From assembly GCA_964569575.1 (NCBI GenBank), contig CAZMTL010000003.1, positions 7,197 to 71,196 of the forward strand: a stretch of DNA of 64,000 nucleotides, written 5' to 3'. The notes beneath the pieces are model-generated. The model saw only the letters and a program-made list of their open reading frames with translations, did no database searches and was not told where the DNA came from. How positions within the stretch are numbered: the stretch's first letter is position 1; each line of letters begins with the position of its first letter. This document shows, one piece after another, positions 37,905 to 47,575 of this stretch. Source of the stretch: an uncultured Gammaproteobacteria bacterium. GTDB lineage: Bacteria; Patescibacteriota; Patescibacteriia; UBA9934. Position numbers and translations under genes: made by a program.

Positions 37905-38576
37905 TTACGCCACCGCGGCCTGCGAAAGATCAAACAATGCCGACGCTCCTTGCCCGATAAAAAATCCCAAGAGCGCCGCGCAAAGCGAAACAACCAACAT
38001 CTCAAGTCCATTTCGAAATACCGATGTCTTTGTCATCAATCCAACGCCCATGCCCAGGAAAAACAAGACAGCCCCAGTTAACACAATCGAGGGCAAAATA
38101 GCTTCTTGCACCGAGAAAAATAGATACGGCAACAACGGAAACACGCCACCAACCAAATAAAACACTCCCATCACGAATGCAGCCACCAACGCGCCAGAAC
38201 GAATCGAGCGCGGTGATCGAAAAATAGAACTAACTAGCACACCAATATCACGCTTTGCTAATCCTTTTTTTAACAACCATTCCTGCATACGCAGCGCTCC
38301 GACACGCTTTTCCAAAAACTCCGCGCCGCGTTCTTCAACGCTCCCGCGTTCCATTTCCGAAGCAGATTTTGTCGACAAATAACTTCCAGCCGACATCGAA
38401 AGTGCTTCCACAAAAATCAACACAACGCCCGAAAGCAACACAATCTTCAAATCCCCCGTTCCAGCCGCCATTCCGGTCACGGCACCAAGCGTCGAAACTA
38501 AACTATCCTCCAAACCAAACACAATTTCACGCACATTGTCTCGTACAACAGATCGTCTCAAAAATCCTCCTAACAT
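37905..38576 (-). CDS. VIT1/CCC1-family iron/manganese transporter
   Basis: FGLEDSLVSTLGAVTGMAAG and 5 TM helices. Confidence 0.65.
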   Translation of the reverse strand: MLGGFLRRSVVRDNVREIVFGLEDSLVSTLGAVTGMAAGTGDLKIVLLSGVVLIFVEALSMSAGSYLSTKSASEMERGSVEERGAEFLEKRVGALRMQEWLLKKGLAKRDIGVLVSSIFRSPRSIRSGALVAAFVMGVFYLVGGVFPLLPYLFFSVQEAILPSIVLTGAVLFFLGMGVGLMTKTSVFRNGLEMLVVSLCAALLGFFIGQGASALFDLSQAAVA

Positions 38577-38616
38577 ATGAAGCCATTATAACACAGGCAA
38601 ATATTTGCTATACTAA

Positions 38617-39048
38617 ATGCGTATGAAAATTTCTGAACAATATCCGGCATACGAGAAAAAAACGCTGATCATCGTAACAAACAATGAAGTGGCCAGATTA
38701 TTCCTTGCCGTTGATCGCGAAATAGAAGAAATACTAAACGTTTTCGCCACAGATTCGGGGAAGAAACAAAAAAACATCGAACTCGAAAACGAAAAAACAG
38801 AAGAAGATCAAAAAAACGATCGCAAAAAACTACACAAACACATCTTGAAAGCATTAAAAAAACACGAAGCAGCTTACGAATCACTCACCCTCTGCGCACC
38901 CGAAGCATTAAAAAATGAACTTTTCGAAGCGCTTCCAGAAAAATACAAACAACTCAGTAACGAAGTGGTACCAAAAAATCTGGCATCACTCCCAATCGAT
39001 CAAATCGTCCGAATTCTCCAAGAGAAAAAAACAAACACCCGCCCGTAG
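38617..39048 (+). CDS. hypothetical protein (143 aa)
   Basis: The ORF has coding-like composition, but no motif is recognised. Confidence 0.35.
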   Translation: MRMKISEQYPAYEKKTLIIVTNNEVARLFLAVDREIEEILNVFATDSGKKQKNIELENEKTEEDQKNDRKKLHKHILKALKKHEAAYESLTLCAPEALKNELFEALPEKYKQLSNEVVPKNLASLPIDQIVRILQEKKTNTRP

Positions 39049-39063
39049 GCGGATGTTTTTTTA
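39035..39063. terminator. bidirectional terminator CCGCC-CGTA-GGCGG + TTTTTTT
   Basis: Located between convergent genes. Confidence 0.55.
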
Positions 39064-41991
39064 TTCTTCCTCTTGATCACCTCCCAACAGGTCAATCACG
39101 AGCCCCGGAGGACCCGCTGGGTCCTCCACCTTCACGCGAATAGGCGCAGCATCCACTGTTTGACCGTTCTGACGCGTCGCGCGTGCCGACAGAACATAAT
39201 GAGCTTCGTCCGGCAACGTCCAGCTAAACGACGTAATCGACTGCGGATTCGAAACTTCACCAATCACCGATTCGGCACCAGTCCACAAATTGCGAGCCGA
39301 CAACGTAAGCGAAGTAAGGTCTGCAATATTCTGCGATTCGATAATAATACTGTATGGCTGATCACTCTTTTCAATCGTCTGTAAGTTGAACGGATTTGTG
39401 ATACTGATACCTCGTACTACTTCACCATTTTGAATATCAATCTTGATTTCATCGGTTCCACTATTTTCAACATCATCGTAGGCCGTCACAGTCAACGTGC
39501 GACTTCCGCTTCCGACCCATGTCGGCAATTGAAGTGTGACGCCGGAAGGATTTTCATCTACTCGCACTAACGTTCCGTCAACAAAGTACTCAACTCGCAA
39601 GATCGGACGATTAGAGTTAATACGCAAATCAACTTCAAACGAACCCTGCACGGTCTGATTCGTTCCTGGCTGACGAATAGTTACACCCGGACGATTCTGC
39701 GCTGTATGAACATCGTCTGACTCGGTAGGAATTTCACACACCTCCATCGCTGGCTCTCCTGTTTCTTCAGCCTTTACTCGCTGTCGTTCCAAGTACGCCT
39801 GAACTCCAGATTCCCAAGAAGCATACATCGGATTTCGCTCAGGGTTCGAAGGCGCATCCCCACGAGGATTCGATGGATTCACGAAGTGTAGAATAGTGTG
39901 AAACTCTCCACACGTTTTTGTTTCGCGGAATCGCTCTGGAGTTTCTTCGGTCGCAAGTAATCCAGAAACTGAATCAATCGTCACCGTTTCGGAAGGAATT
40001 TTTCCATCCAAAATATCTTTTCCGGTAACCGGAATGCTCGGTGCCGTAAAGTTCAACGCCGGCTCGCCTTCAAGCGCACGTCGCATATACGCATTCCAAA
40101 TAGGTGCCGCCGCACTCGAACCTCCTGCACGATTCATCTGAGTTCCGTCCGTATTCCCGGTCCAAACACCTGTAACTAATTGCGGAGTGTACCCCATCGT
40201 CCAAGCGTCGTTGTAATCATTTGTCGTTCCTGTCTTTGCAGCCACACGTCGTCCAGGAAGTGTCAGGTTGCTATTTCGTCCGAACGCATACGCGCGCGCA
40301 GCATCATCTGAAAGCACATCCGAAACCATTCGAGCCACATTCGCATCCATCACCCGCTCTCCTTCCGACTCGGTCCATTCTTGCAACACATCCCCAGCGC
40401 TTGTCTGCACCTTCAAAATCGGAACCGGTTCATGGTACACACCATCGTTCGCAAACGCCGCGTACGCTGCCGTATGCTCGATCAACTGAACTTCCGCCCC
40501 TCCAAGCACGATCGCCAACCCAAATCGCGAACGATCCCCAAATCCTGTATAGTGAAGTTTTTCCGCAAAATCCAATCCGCTATCAACACCAATCAACGCA
40601 AGCATCTTCACTGCCGGAATATTCAACGAACCCTGCAAAGCCTTACGAATCGTCACTGGACCATTCTCGTTCAAACTATAATTCCGAGGATGATAATTTC
40701 CAGTCGATGTCGCAAAATCTGTTTCCACATCCCACAAAATTGAGTTTGGCGTGTACCCAGCCTCGAACCCTGCAGCATAAATAATTGGCTTAAAACTAGA
40801 ACCTGGCTGTAACGGTCGAAGCGCCACATTTACCTGACCATCAATTTCGTCATCAAAATAATCGGCCGATCCAACCATCGAAACGATATGACCATTCGAC
40901 GGATCAAGAGCAACCAATCCAGAATTATTAAACTGATAACGCTCTCCGTTTTCGGCTTTATTATTCACCACAACCTCTTCTGCAATCTTCTGCTTTTCAT
41001 AATCAAGCGAGGTAATAACGGTCAATCCACCCTGCTCAACCATCCGTTCTCCATACTCTTCCACCAATAACTCCTTGACCCACAAAACAAAGTGAGGCGC
41101 TTCAATAGAACTAAAAGAGAGGACAACCGGCGTTGACTCTGCCTTCGCAGCATCAGCTTCTTCGCGAGTGATATAGCCCTCCTCAACCATGCTGTCCAAG
41201 ATCCAATGCTTTCGCCATTCCAAACGTTCCGGATTATTCAAAAATCGAGAAGGTGATTGTGGAAGTGCTGCAAGCGTCGCTGCTTCAGCTAGCGTTAGAT
41301 CTTTCGTAGACTTTTTAAAGTATGCTTGCGCAGCTGATTCAATTCCATAATTCCTCGACCCATATGGAATCTCATTCAAATACAACTGCAAAATCTCGTC
41401 CTTCTCATAACGTCGTTCAAGCGCAAGCGAAAGAAGAATTTCTTTCACCTTTCGAATATACGATTTTTCATTCGTCAAAATCGCATTTTTCACTAACTGC
41501 TGTGTAATCGTCGAAGCACCTTCGCCTGTCGGGTCAAAGCTGGTGATATTGCTAAACACGGCACGCATGATTCCCTTGATATCAATCCCCCTATGCTTGT
41601 AGAACTTTCGATCTTCCGCCGTAATTGTTGCATGCAAAAGATAATCCGGCATCTGATCAAGCGTGACCAATGTGCGCTTTTCGTCACCAGAAATTTCGTA
41701 CAACAAATGTTCGCCCGTGCGATCATAAATCTTTGTAGATTCCGGAACTTCACGTAAAGCAAGCGAATTTGGATCCGGAAGATCGCGAGAGATATACGCA
41801 AAAAATCCAAGGAATAAAATGATACAAAGCAATCCAAAAGCAACCACGCCAAGAAGAATATTCTTCAACATGCCTGTTTTTTTCAAACGTTCGTACACTG
41901 AACCAAGGGATTTTTTGATATTCGTAAGGTCAAAAAAGCGTTTTCGACGCTTCGAACTCCAACTCTGCCCTGTTCGCGGTAACTTGCTCAT
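39061..41991 (-). CDS. class A penicillin-binding protein (PBP1A: transglycosylase plus transpeptidase) with about 300-aa C-terminal extension
   Basis: GT51 motifs (EDRKFYKHRGID, TITQQLVKN), transpeptidase motifs SSFK, SLN and KTGT, and an N-terminal TM anchor. Confidence 0.85.
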   Translation of the reverse strand: MSKLPRTGQSWSSKRRKRFFDLTNIKKSLGSVYERLKKTGMLKNILLGVVAFGLLCIILFLGFFAYISRDLPDPNSLALREVPESTKIYDRTGEHLLYEISGDEKRTLVTLDQMPDYLLHATITAEDRKFYKHRGIDIKGIMRAVFSNITSFDPTGEGASTITQQLVKNAILTNEKSYIRKVKEILLSLALERRYEKDEILQLYLNEIPYGSRNYGIESAAQAYFKKSTKDLTLAEAATLAALPQSPSRFLNNPERLEWRKHWILDSMVEEGYITREEADAAKAESTPVVLSFSSIEAPHFVLWVKELLVEEYGERMVEQGGLTVITSLDYEKQKIAEEVVVNNKAENGERYQFNNSGLVALDPSNGHIVSMVGSADYFDDEIDGQVNVALRPLQPGSSFKPIIYAAGFEAGYTPNSILWDVETDFATSTGNYHPRNYSLNENGPVTIRKALQGSLNIPAVKMLALIGVDSGLDFAEKLHYTGFGDRSRFGLAIVLGGAEVQLIEHTAAYAAFANDGVYHEPVPILKVQTSAGDVLQEWTESEGERVMDANVARMVSDVLSDDAARAYAFGRNSNLTLPGRRVAAKTGTTNDYNDAWTMGYTPQLVTGVWTGNTDGTQMNRAGGSSAAAPIWNAYMRRALEGEPALNFTAPSIPVTGKDILDGKIPSETVTIDSVSGLLATEETPERFRETKTCGEFHTILHFVNPSNPRGDAPSNPERNPMYASWESGVQAYLERQRVKAEETGEPAMEVCEIPTESDDVHTAQNRPGVTIRQPGTNQTVQGSFEVDLRINSNRPILRVEYFVDGTLVRVDENPSGVTLQLPTWVGSGSRTLTVTAYDDVENSGTDEIKIDIQNGEVVRGISITNPFNLQTIEKSDQPYSIIIESQNIADLTSLTLSARNLWTGAESVIGEVSNPQSITSFSWTLPDEAHYVLSARATRQNGQTVDAAPIRVKVEDPAGPPGLVIDLLGGDQEEE

Positions 41992-42218
41992 AGAATCGTA
42001 AAAGATAATCAGTCAATTTGAATAATAGGCGTTTTTACAAAAAAAGGCAAAAATGACCAATTTTTCACTTCGCTAACATTAGCGAAAAAATAGACGTTTC
42101 GATTGACAAAAGGCCTAAAATATGGTAATGTGTGCTCATCCTCGAATTGACGAGGTATTTTTTATTGGCAAATTTCGTCAATTCACTTAGGTCTCATGGC
42201 GTCACAATAAGTGGCGCG

Positions 42219-42791
42219 ATGAGCTCTAACTTTCCCCCTATGAAAAAGACCATTTATTCGGCCATTTTCAAAACAATCAAAAAATCTCCCGTAGAATACG
42301 GATTTATCGCGCTTTCACTGATTGTGATCAGTGCCGTGATTGGGCCAAAAATCGCTCAAATTGCGTATGCGGAAGCCGAAGAAATCAACCAAACAATCCA
42401 AATTGAAACCGAATGGAAAGTAGCTCAGCTTAATAACGACGTACTTCCACACGGTTCATTGCCAAAATCAGAACGCGCAGCGCCACGCGAAGTAAGTAAA
42501 ATGACCGTTACAGCCTACAACTCCGTTCCGTGGCAAACCGACGATACTCCATGTATTGGAGCACAGGGAACAGACATTTGTGCCATTTACGCATCAGGAG
42601 AAAACGTGTGTGCAGCCAACTTCGTTCCGCTTGGAACCATCCTTCATGTTGAAGGACTAGGTGACTGTACCGTACGAGACCGTATGAATGCTCGATACCA
42701 TTACCGAGTAGACTGGTACATGGGAATGGACATCGACGGAGCACGACAGATTGGTGCAACGCAAAAAACCGTATCAAAATACAATTCCTAA
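42219..42791 (+). CDS. 3D-domain protein (MltA/YocH-like) with N-terminal membrane anchor
   Basis: TAYNSVPWQTDDTPCIGAQGTD...VPLGTILHVEGLGDCTVRDR. The start is uncertain (GTG 42132, ATG 42219 or 42240). Confidence 0.5.
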   Translation: MSSNFPPMKKTIYSAIFKTIKKSPVEYGFIALSLIVISAVIGPKIAQIAYAEAEEINQTIQIETEWKVAQLNNDVLPHGSLPKSERAAPREVSKMTVTAYNSVPWQTDDTPCIGAQGTDICAIYASGENVCAANFVPLGTILHVEGLGDCTVRDRMNARYHYRVDWYMGMDIDGARQIGATQKTVSKYNS

Positions 42792-42855
42792 ATCCAAAGA
42801 CGACCATTGCAGGTCGTCTATTGGTTTGTTAGGATGCTAAAAACAAAAGAAATCT

Positions 42856-43395
42856 ATGAAAAAACTCGCCCTACTCTTCCTTCCCCTTCTCCTCGTTGGA
42901 GCAGGTTGCGCCACTTCTCAAAATCAAGAAGTTGCAGACCAATCTTGGCATCTAACATTCGAACTTCCTGAAGGATGGGTCGAAACCACAGCATATAACG
43001 ACGGTGACGTTCGTAATGCTGAAAAAGAACTAACAAAAGAACTCGGAGACATCTACATTCAAAGCACTAACAAAACCGTTCTTCGTGGCGGAGCGGCCGC
43101 TGGAGAAATCGAAACCCTTTCTGAAGAACAAATCGAAAGCGAAAACTACAGCTTAATCCACGCATTCGCCCTCTCTCAACGACGAGCGATTCCAAGCGAG
43201 GCGGAAGATCTTGGAAATGGATTTTATAAAGTACAGGTGTGTAGCGAAGGAGAAGAATGTGAACAATACGGCGGAACCCTCTACGACTATTATCTAAAAG
43301 GCGAGAACGCAAACTACCAGTTCAAAGTCTACGAACGTGGAAATGGAGAAAATCAGTCCGAATCAGTTATCCTCTCAGCAACAGAAGTAAAATAA
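42856..43395 (+). CDS. putative lipoprotein (lipobox LVGAGC)
   Basis: MKKLALLFLPLLLVGAGCATS. Confidence 0.45.
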   Translation: MKKLALLFLPLLLVGAGCATSQNQEVADQSWHLTFELPEGWVETTAYNDGDVRNAEKELTKELGDIYIQSTNKTVLRGGAAAGEIETLSEEQIESENYSLIHAFALSQRRAIPSEAEDLGNGFYKVQVCSEGEECEQYGGTLYDYYLKGENANYQFKVYERGNGENQSESVILSATEVK

Positions 43396-43397
43396 AG

Positions 43398-43430
43398 AAA
43401 CCCTGCCCTTCCGGCAGGTTTTTCTTTTTC
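43398..43430 (+). terminator. terminator CCTGCC-CTTCC-GGCAGG + T-run
   Basis: Seen in sequence. Confidence 0.6.
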
Positions 43431-43503
43431 CATTTTACTCAACAATCACAATCAAGAACGCGCTTGATTCCTCCAAAAAAATCTGATACTTTAGCTCGCA
43501 CAT

Positions 43504-43579
43504 GGCCGCATGGCGAAGTGGGAACGCAGGGGTCTGCAAAACCTCGATTGAGTCGGTTCGATTCCGACTGCGGCCTCCA
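43504..43579 (+). tRNA. tRNA-Cys (anticodon GCA), U73 discriminator, CCA encoded
   Basis: GGCCGCATGGCGAAGTGGGAACGCAGGGGTCTGCAAAACCTCGATTGAGTCGGTTCGATTCCGACTGCGGCCTCCA. Confidence 0.8.
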
Positions 43580-43599
43580 CCAGACAAATAAATATCAAA

Positions 43600-43633
43600 A
43601 AAGCACCAGTGAAAACCGGTGCTTTTTTTTATT
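43600..43633. terminator. hairpin AGCACC..GGTGCT + TTTTTTTT after tRNA-Cys and facing the dnaN 3' end
   Basis: Seen in sequence. Confidence 0.5.
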
Positions 43634-43649
43634 TAAAACATGCCAATAC

Positions 43650-44792
43650 TTACTGACGAATAGGCATTACAATGTGACGATATCGTTCGTCGGCCGACTC
43701 GAATGCGGTAATTGTTAACGGTGAATTCTTCTCGATCCAAGAACAAAGCACCTTCTCGGCCCCAATCGCATTTACCGCGTCCATCAAATACCGAAAATTC
43801 ACCAAAATCGAATTCTCCTCCCCAGTAATCATCGCTTCAACTTCAACCTGGTTTTCCCCACGCTGACTATCGGTCGCATACAGCGTCAATTTCTGCTCAG
43901 CAACATTAGTTTTCATTTCCACGTCAAACAATCCATTCTTCGAAAACAAACTCACCGCCTTCACCGCCTTCAAAAACGACTGCTTGTCCGCCGCAACCGT
44001 TGTCTTCGCCTCTGTCGGAATAATGCGCTGGTACTCCGGATACGGTCCGTCGATAGTTCGCGAAGTAATCTCCACGCCCGCATAACGAAAGGCTGCCTGA
44101 TTTTCGAGTAACTCCACTTCAACCGCATCTCCCGCATCCACATCATCTTTAAAAACACCAAACACACGATTCAATTCAAGTAATGTGCGCTGAGGAATAA
44201 TCACCTGACGCATTTCATCACTTCCACCCGAAACACCAATAATCGCTTCTCCTAATCGATAACTATCCGTCGCGGCTAACACCAAGGTTCCTGCCCCTGC
44301 TGATTCGCCATGGAAGGACAGCAGTACCCCCGCCAACTCGGGACGTGACTCATTTGTCGCGGCAGCAAACAAAACCTGCGACAGCGCCCGCGAGAGGGCT
44401 TTAGAGGGCAGTGAATACTTCACGCCCCCCTCCACTGGAGGGATTGGAGGAAATTCCGATGTATCAATTCCTTTAATCTTCGTCTTCGCCTTCCCGCAAG
44501 CAACCGAAAGCGCATCATCGAGTAAATCGATTTGCACATTCTCATTTGGAAGCAAGTTCACGTAGTCAAAAAACAATTTTCCCGGAACAGTATATTCCCC
44601 TTGCTGCTCAACACGTCCCCGGACATGACAAGTAATAGCAATCTCTAGATTTGTCGAAATCAATTTCAATCCCCCAGAATCTGCTTTCAAATAAACATTA
44701 CTCAATATAGGCAAATGAACATTCTTTGTTCCAATATGACTTGTAATAGCAAGTCCTTGGTGCAAGTTTTCTTTGGTACAGGTAAGTTTCAC
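43650..44792 (-). CDS. dnaN: DNA polymerase III beta sliding clamp DnaN
   Basis: Three-domain beta clamp (MKLTCTKENLHQGL...). It lies immediately downstream of dnaA. Confidence 0.9.
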   Translation of the reverse strand: MKLTCTKENLHQGLAITSHIGTKNVHLPILSNVYLKADSGGLKLISTNLEIAITCHVRGRVEQQGEYTVPGKLFFDYVNLLPNENVQIDLLDDALSVACGKAKTKIKGIDTSEFPPIPPVEGGVKYSLPSKALSRALSQVLFAAATNESRPELAGVLLSFHGESAGAGTLVLAATDSYRLGEAIIGVSGGSDEMRQVIIPQRTLLELNRVFGVFKDDVDAGDAVEVELLENQAAFRYAGVEITSRTIDGPYPEYQRIIPTEAKTTVAADKQSFLKAVKAVSLFSKNGLFDVEMKTNVAEQKLTLYATDSQRGENQVEVEAMITGEENSILVNFRYLMDAVNAIGAEKVLCSWIEKNSPLTITAFESADERYRHIVMPIRQ

Positions 44793-45026
44793 AAGTTCAG
44801 TGTTATTAATAAATTAAGTACTAAATAGATACAGTAGTAATAGTAAGGGGTGTGTACAGCTCGGATAAGTCGATTTTTTGGCGAATGTAGGGCTCAATTT
44901 TTTCCACATTCTGTGCATGGACCAGGGTATGAACTGGTGGATGAAAGGTGGACAACTTTTGAAGCTCGGAAGCAAGGAGAAGTTGACCACAGGGTTTTCA
45001 ACATATTCGAGCGACTTATCGACAAG
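44793..45026. promoter_or_regulatory. dnaA-dnaN intergenic region: AT-rich tract plus degenerate DnaA boxes (oriC half, candidate)
   Basis: AT-rich 44797-44847, and box-like ggtggacaa / ttgaccaca. Confidence 0.4.
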
Positions 45027-46454
45027 TTACCCACTGTAGAGCTTTTGCTTGATAAGTTCGACATCTCGCTGCAATTGATCATCATTCTTGAGCAATTTCG
45101 AGATTTTGGTGTACGCATGCATGGCAGTCGTGTGATCCCGCCCTCCAAGCTCTCCTCCGATCGACGGATATGAGATCTTCATCTCTTCGCGCAGAAGGAA
45201 CATAATGATCTGCCGAGGGAACGCTAATCGTTTTTCGCGACTCTTCCCAAGAACGTCATCTGTCGAAATATCGAAGTACTCAGCAACTGTTGTAATGATG
45301 AACCGAGGAGAGACGGTCTTTTTGATCGCGTTCGTTTCCAAAGTAGCAATAAGCGGCTTAATGCTTTCGAGCGACGGAATCAAGTTCTTAAACTGGTGAT
45401 ACGCCATGATTTTATTAAGCGCACCCTCCAACTCTCGAACATTCGAATTGATATTCGAAGCAATATAGTGAAGAATATCGTGAGGAAGCTTAAGCGGTTT
45501 GTTCTGAGCTTTGATTTCCAAAATCGCTACACGCGTTTCTAGGTCAGGTGCCCCAACGTCAACCAACATCCCCCATTCAAGTCGAGACAAAAGACGTTTT
45601 TCGAGAGAAGCAATCGCCTTCGGTGGACGGTCCGAACAAATAACGATCTGTTTATTGTCCTGGTGAAGCGCGTTGAATGTATGGAAGAATTCCTCCTGCG
45701 TTCCCTCTTTTCCGGTAATAAATTGAATATCATCGATTAAAAGAAGATCCGCTTTTCGATACTTATCTTTAAATTCCTTCGCTTTCCCAGAACGAACTGC
45801 TTGAATAAAGTCATTCGTAAAGTGCTCGCAGGTCACATAGACAATGTTTGCGTTCGCATTTCGCTTCAAAGTTTCGTTTCCGATCGCGTGCAGCAAGTGC
45901 GTCTTTCCAAGCCCAACACCGCCGTAGATAAAGACAGGGTTATACGTTCCGCCTGGTTGAGCAGCGACCGCCTGAGCAGCAGCATGCGCGAGTTCATTCT
46001 GTTTACCAACGACGTATGAATGAAAGGTGTAAGAAGGATTGATGCTTACGCGCCCACCTCGAGCAGGCGGTTCCTCGTAAGTGCTAAAACCAAAGTCTTG
46101 CGAAGGATGTTGTGAATGCGCTGGTTGAGCAAACTCTTCCCTTTTTGGTGGTTCGATTGTTTCAAAAACAATAGGCTTAGGCTCCGTGGCACGCGTCTCC
46201 ACACGGTAGCTAAGCCGTTTAATATTCTTTTCTGTAATGTTTTGAAGCGAAACAAGAATGTCCTTGTGGTACTTTTTTTCAAGCCACGCTTTAGTAAATG
46301 TATTTGGAACGCCGATAATAATCTCTTCGGGTTGAAAATCTGAAATGAAAGTACTCCGAAACCAAGTGGTAAAGTGCGCTTTTGAAAGCTTGAGTTCAAG
46401 CTCGCCAAGAGCGGCCTGCCAAAGTTCGTGAGTATTCATAAGCGATTGAAGCAA
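45027..46454 (-). CDS. dnaA: chromosomal replication initiator DnaA
   Basis: AAA+ motif GGVGLGKTHLLHAIGN and C-terminal DNA-binding domain. Confidence 0.9.
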   Translation of the reverse strand: MLQSLMNTHELWQAALGELELKLSKAHFTTWFRSTFISDFQPEEIIIGVPNTFTKAWLEKKYHKDILVSLQNITEKNIKRLSYRVETRATEPKPIVFETIEPPKREEFAQPAHSQHPSQDFGFSTYEEPPARGGRVSINPSYTFHSYVVGKQNELAHAAAQAVAAQPGGTYNPVFIYGGVGLGKTHLLHAIGNETLKRNANANIVYVTCEHFTNDFIQAVRSGKAKEFKDKYRKADLLLIDDIQFITGKEGTQEEFFHTFNALHQDNKQIVICSDRPPKAIASLEKRLLSRLEWGMLVDVGAPDLETRVAILEIKAQNKPLKLPHDILHYIASNINSNVRELEGALNKIMAYHQFKNLIPSLESIKPLIATLETNAIKKTVSPRFIITTVAEYFDISTDDVLGKSREKRLAFPRQIIMFLLREEMKISYPSIGGELGGRDHTTAMHAYTKISKLLKNDDQLQRDVELIKQKLYSG

Positions 46455-46519
46455 AAATGGCGTCTCTTTTCTCGAAAAAATTGAGAGAAGAGCGCGACGA
46501 CGTGAGTATTTTATACCAG

Positions 46520-46606
46520 ATATCCACAGGGGTACAAGGGGCGACCCTGAGTGTAACCTGAGGATGAAGTGTGGATAAGATGTGAATTATGCACAGGTTA
46601 TCCAAA
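46520..46606. promoter_or_regulatory. DnaA boxes upstream of dnaA (aTATCCACA 46520-28, TGTGGATAA 46570-78, TTATCCAaA 46598-06)
   Basis: One perfect and two one-mismatch 9-mers lie between dnaA and rpmH. Confidence 0.6.
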
Positions 46607-46726
46607 TTCTTGACAAAAAGGGGGTCGAATGATATCTTTTCGTCACTTGTTGAGTTGCTGACAAAGGCAGGTAAGCCTTTCACAACAACAGCGTTTTGTG
46701 TAAACAGAGCGTGAAATAAGCCCATT

Positions 46727-46879
46727 ATGCCGAAGAGAACGTTTCAGCCAAAAAAACGGCGTCGGGCAAAGCGGCACGGCTTTCGCACTCGGATGAAGAC
46801 AAAGACAGGGCGATCGACACTACAACGTCGTCGCGCTAAAGGACGAAAGCGTCTTGCAGTTGCTGCACGACCCCGATAA
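46727..46879 (+). CDS. rpmH: 50S ribosomal protein L34
   Basis: Manual translation gives [50 protein letters not shown]. It is absent from the ORF track because it is under 60 aa. Confidence 0.85.
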   Translation: MPKRTFQPKKRRRAKRHGFRTRMKTKTGRSTLQRRRAKGRKRLAVAARPR

Positions 46880-46919
46880 ACAAACGAGCCCTAGTGGCTC
46901 ATTTGTTTTTGTATAATAA

Positions 46920-47267
46920 ATGCATATGCTTTCAAAAGAATTCCGACTTCGTCGAGATAAAGATTTTCAAACGCTATTTAAATCAAAAAAAGGAGTGTTT
47001 GATTCGGTTTGCGGAATTAAATTCAAACCAAACGGACTTTCGATCTCGCGATTCGCTGTTGTGGTAGGAGTGAAGGTAAGTAAAAGTGCCGTAAAGCGAA
47101 ATAAAATACGCCGACACTACCAAGAAATCCTCCGTCACCATAAAGAAGAGATCCTGACCGGATTCGACATCGTTCTACTTACAAGCAAGCCGGCGCTCGA
47201 TCTGGAATACGCAAAAAAAGAAATCCGTCTTTTACAAGTATTAAAAAAAGGAAAGCTTTTAAAATAA
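46920..47267 (+). CDS. rnpA: RNase P protein component
   Basis: Basic RnpA-like sequence follows rpmH. TATAAT at 46912-17 lies 8 nt upstream of the second ATG (46926). Confidence 0.8.
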   Translation: MHMLSKEFRLRRDKDFQTLFKSKKGVFDSVCGIKFKPNGLSISRFAVVVGVKVSKSAVKRNKIRRHYQEILRHHKEEILTGFDIVLLTSKPALDLEYAKKEIRLLQVLKKGKLLK

Positions 47268-47273
47268 TTAGGT

Positions 47274-47540
47274 ATGCCAACAGTAATTATTGGCAGAATA
47301 AGAAAGGCGTGGAGAAAGGTCGCGGCATTTCCGATAGTTATCTACCAAAAAACCCTATCGCCTGATCACGGACCGCTGAAGGCACTTTTCCCTTACGGCT
47401 ACTGTCGCTTTCATCCAACGTGCAGTGAATATACAAAGCAAACTATTTACAAAAGAGGCCTCACGATCGGAATCCTGAAAGGAAGTTGGCGCATTCTTCG
47501 TTGCAATCCATTCTCGAAAGGCGGAATCGATCCCGCATAA
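47274..47540 (+). CDS. yidD: membrane protein insertion efficiency factor YidD
   Basis: [39 protein letters not shown]. Confidence 0.8.
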   Translation: MPTVIIGRIRKAWRKVAAFPIVIYQKTLSPDHGPLKALFPYGYCRFHPTCSEYTKQTIYKRGLTIGILKGSWRILRCNPFSKGGIDPA

Positions 47541-47544
47541 AACA

Positions 47545-47575
47545 AAAGCAGCCCCGAAGGGCTGTCTTTTATTTC
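47545..47575. terminator. bidirectional terminator GCAGCCC-CGAA-GGGCTGT + TTTT
   Basis: Located between yidD and the convergent typA. No yidC follows. Confidence 0.6.

Noticed and set aside
39073-41070. Plus-strand ORFs inside the PBP1A gene (39073..39384, 40221..40784, 40381..40743)
   Set aside because: They are antisense to a strongly supported 976-aa PBP.
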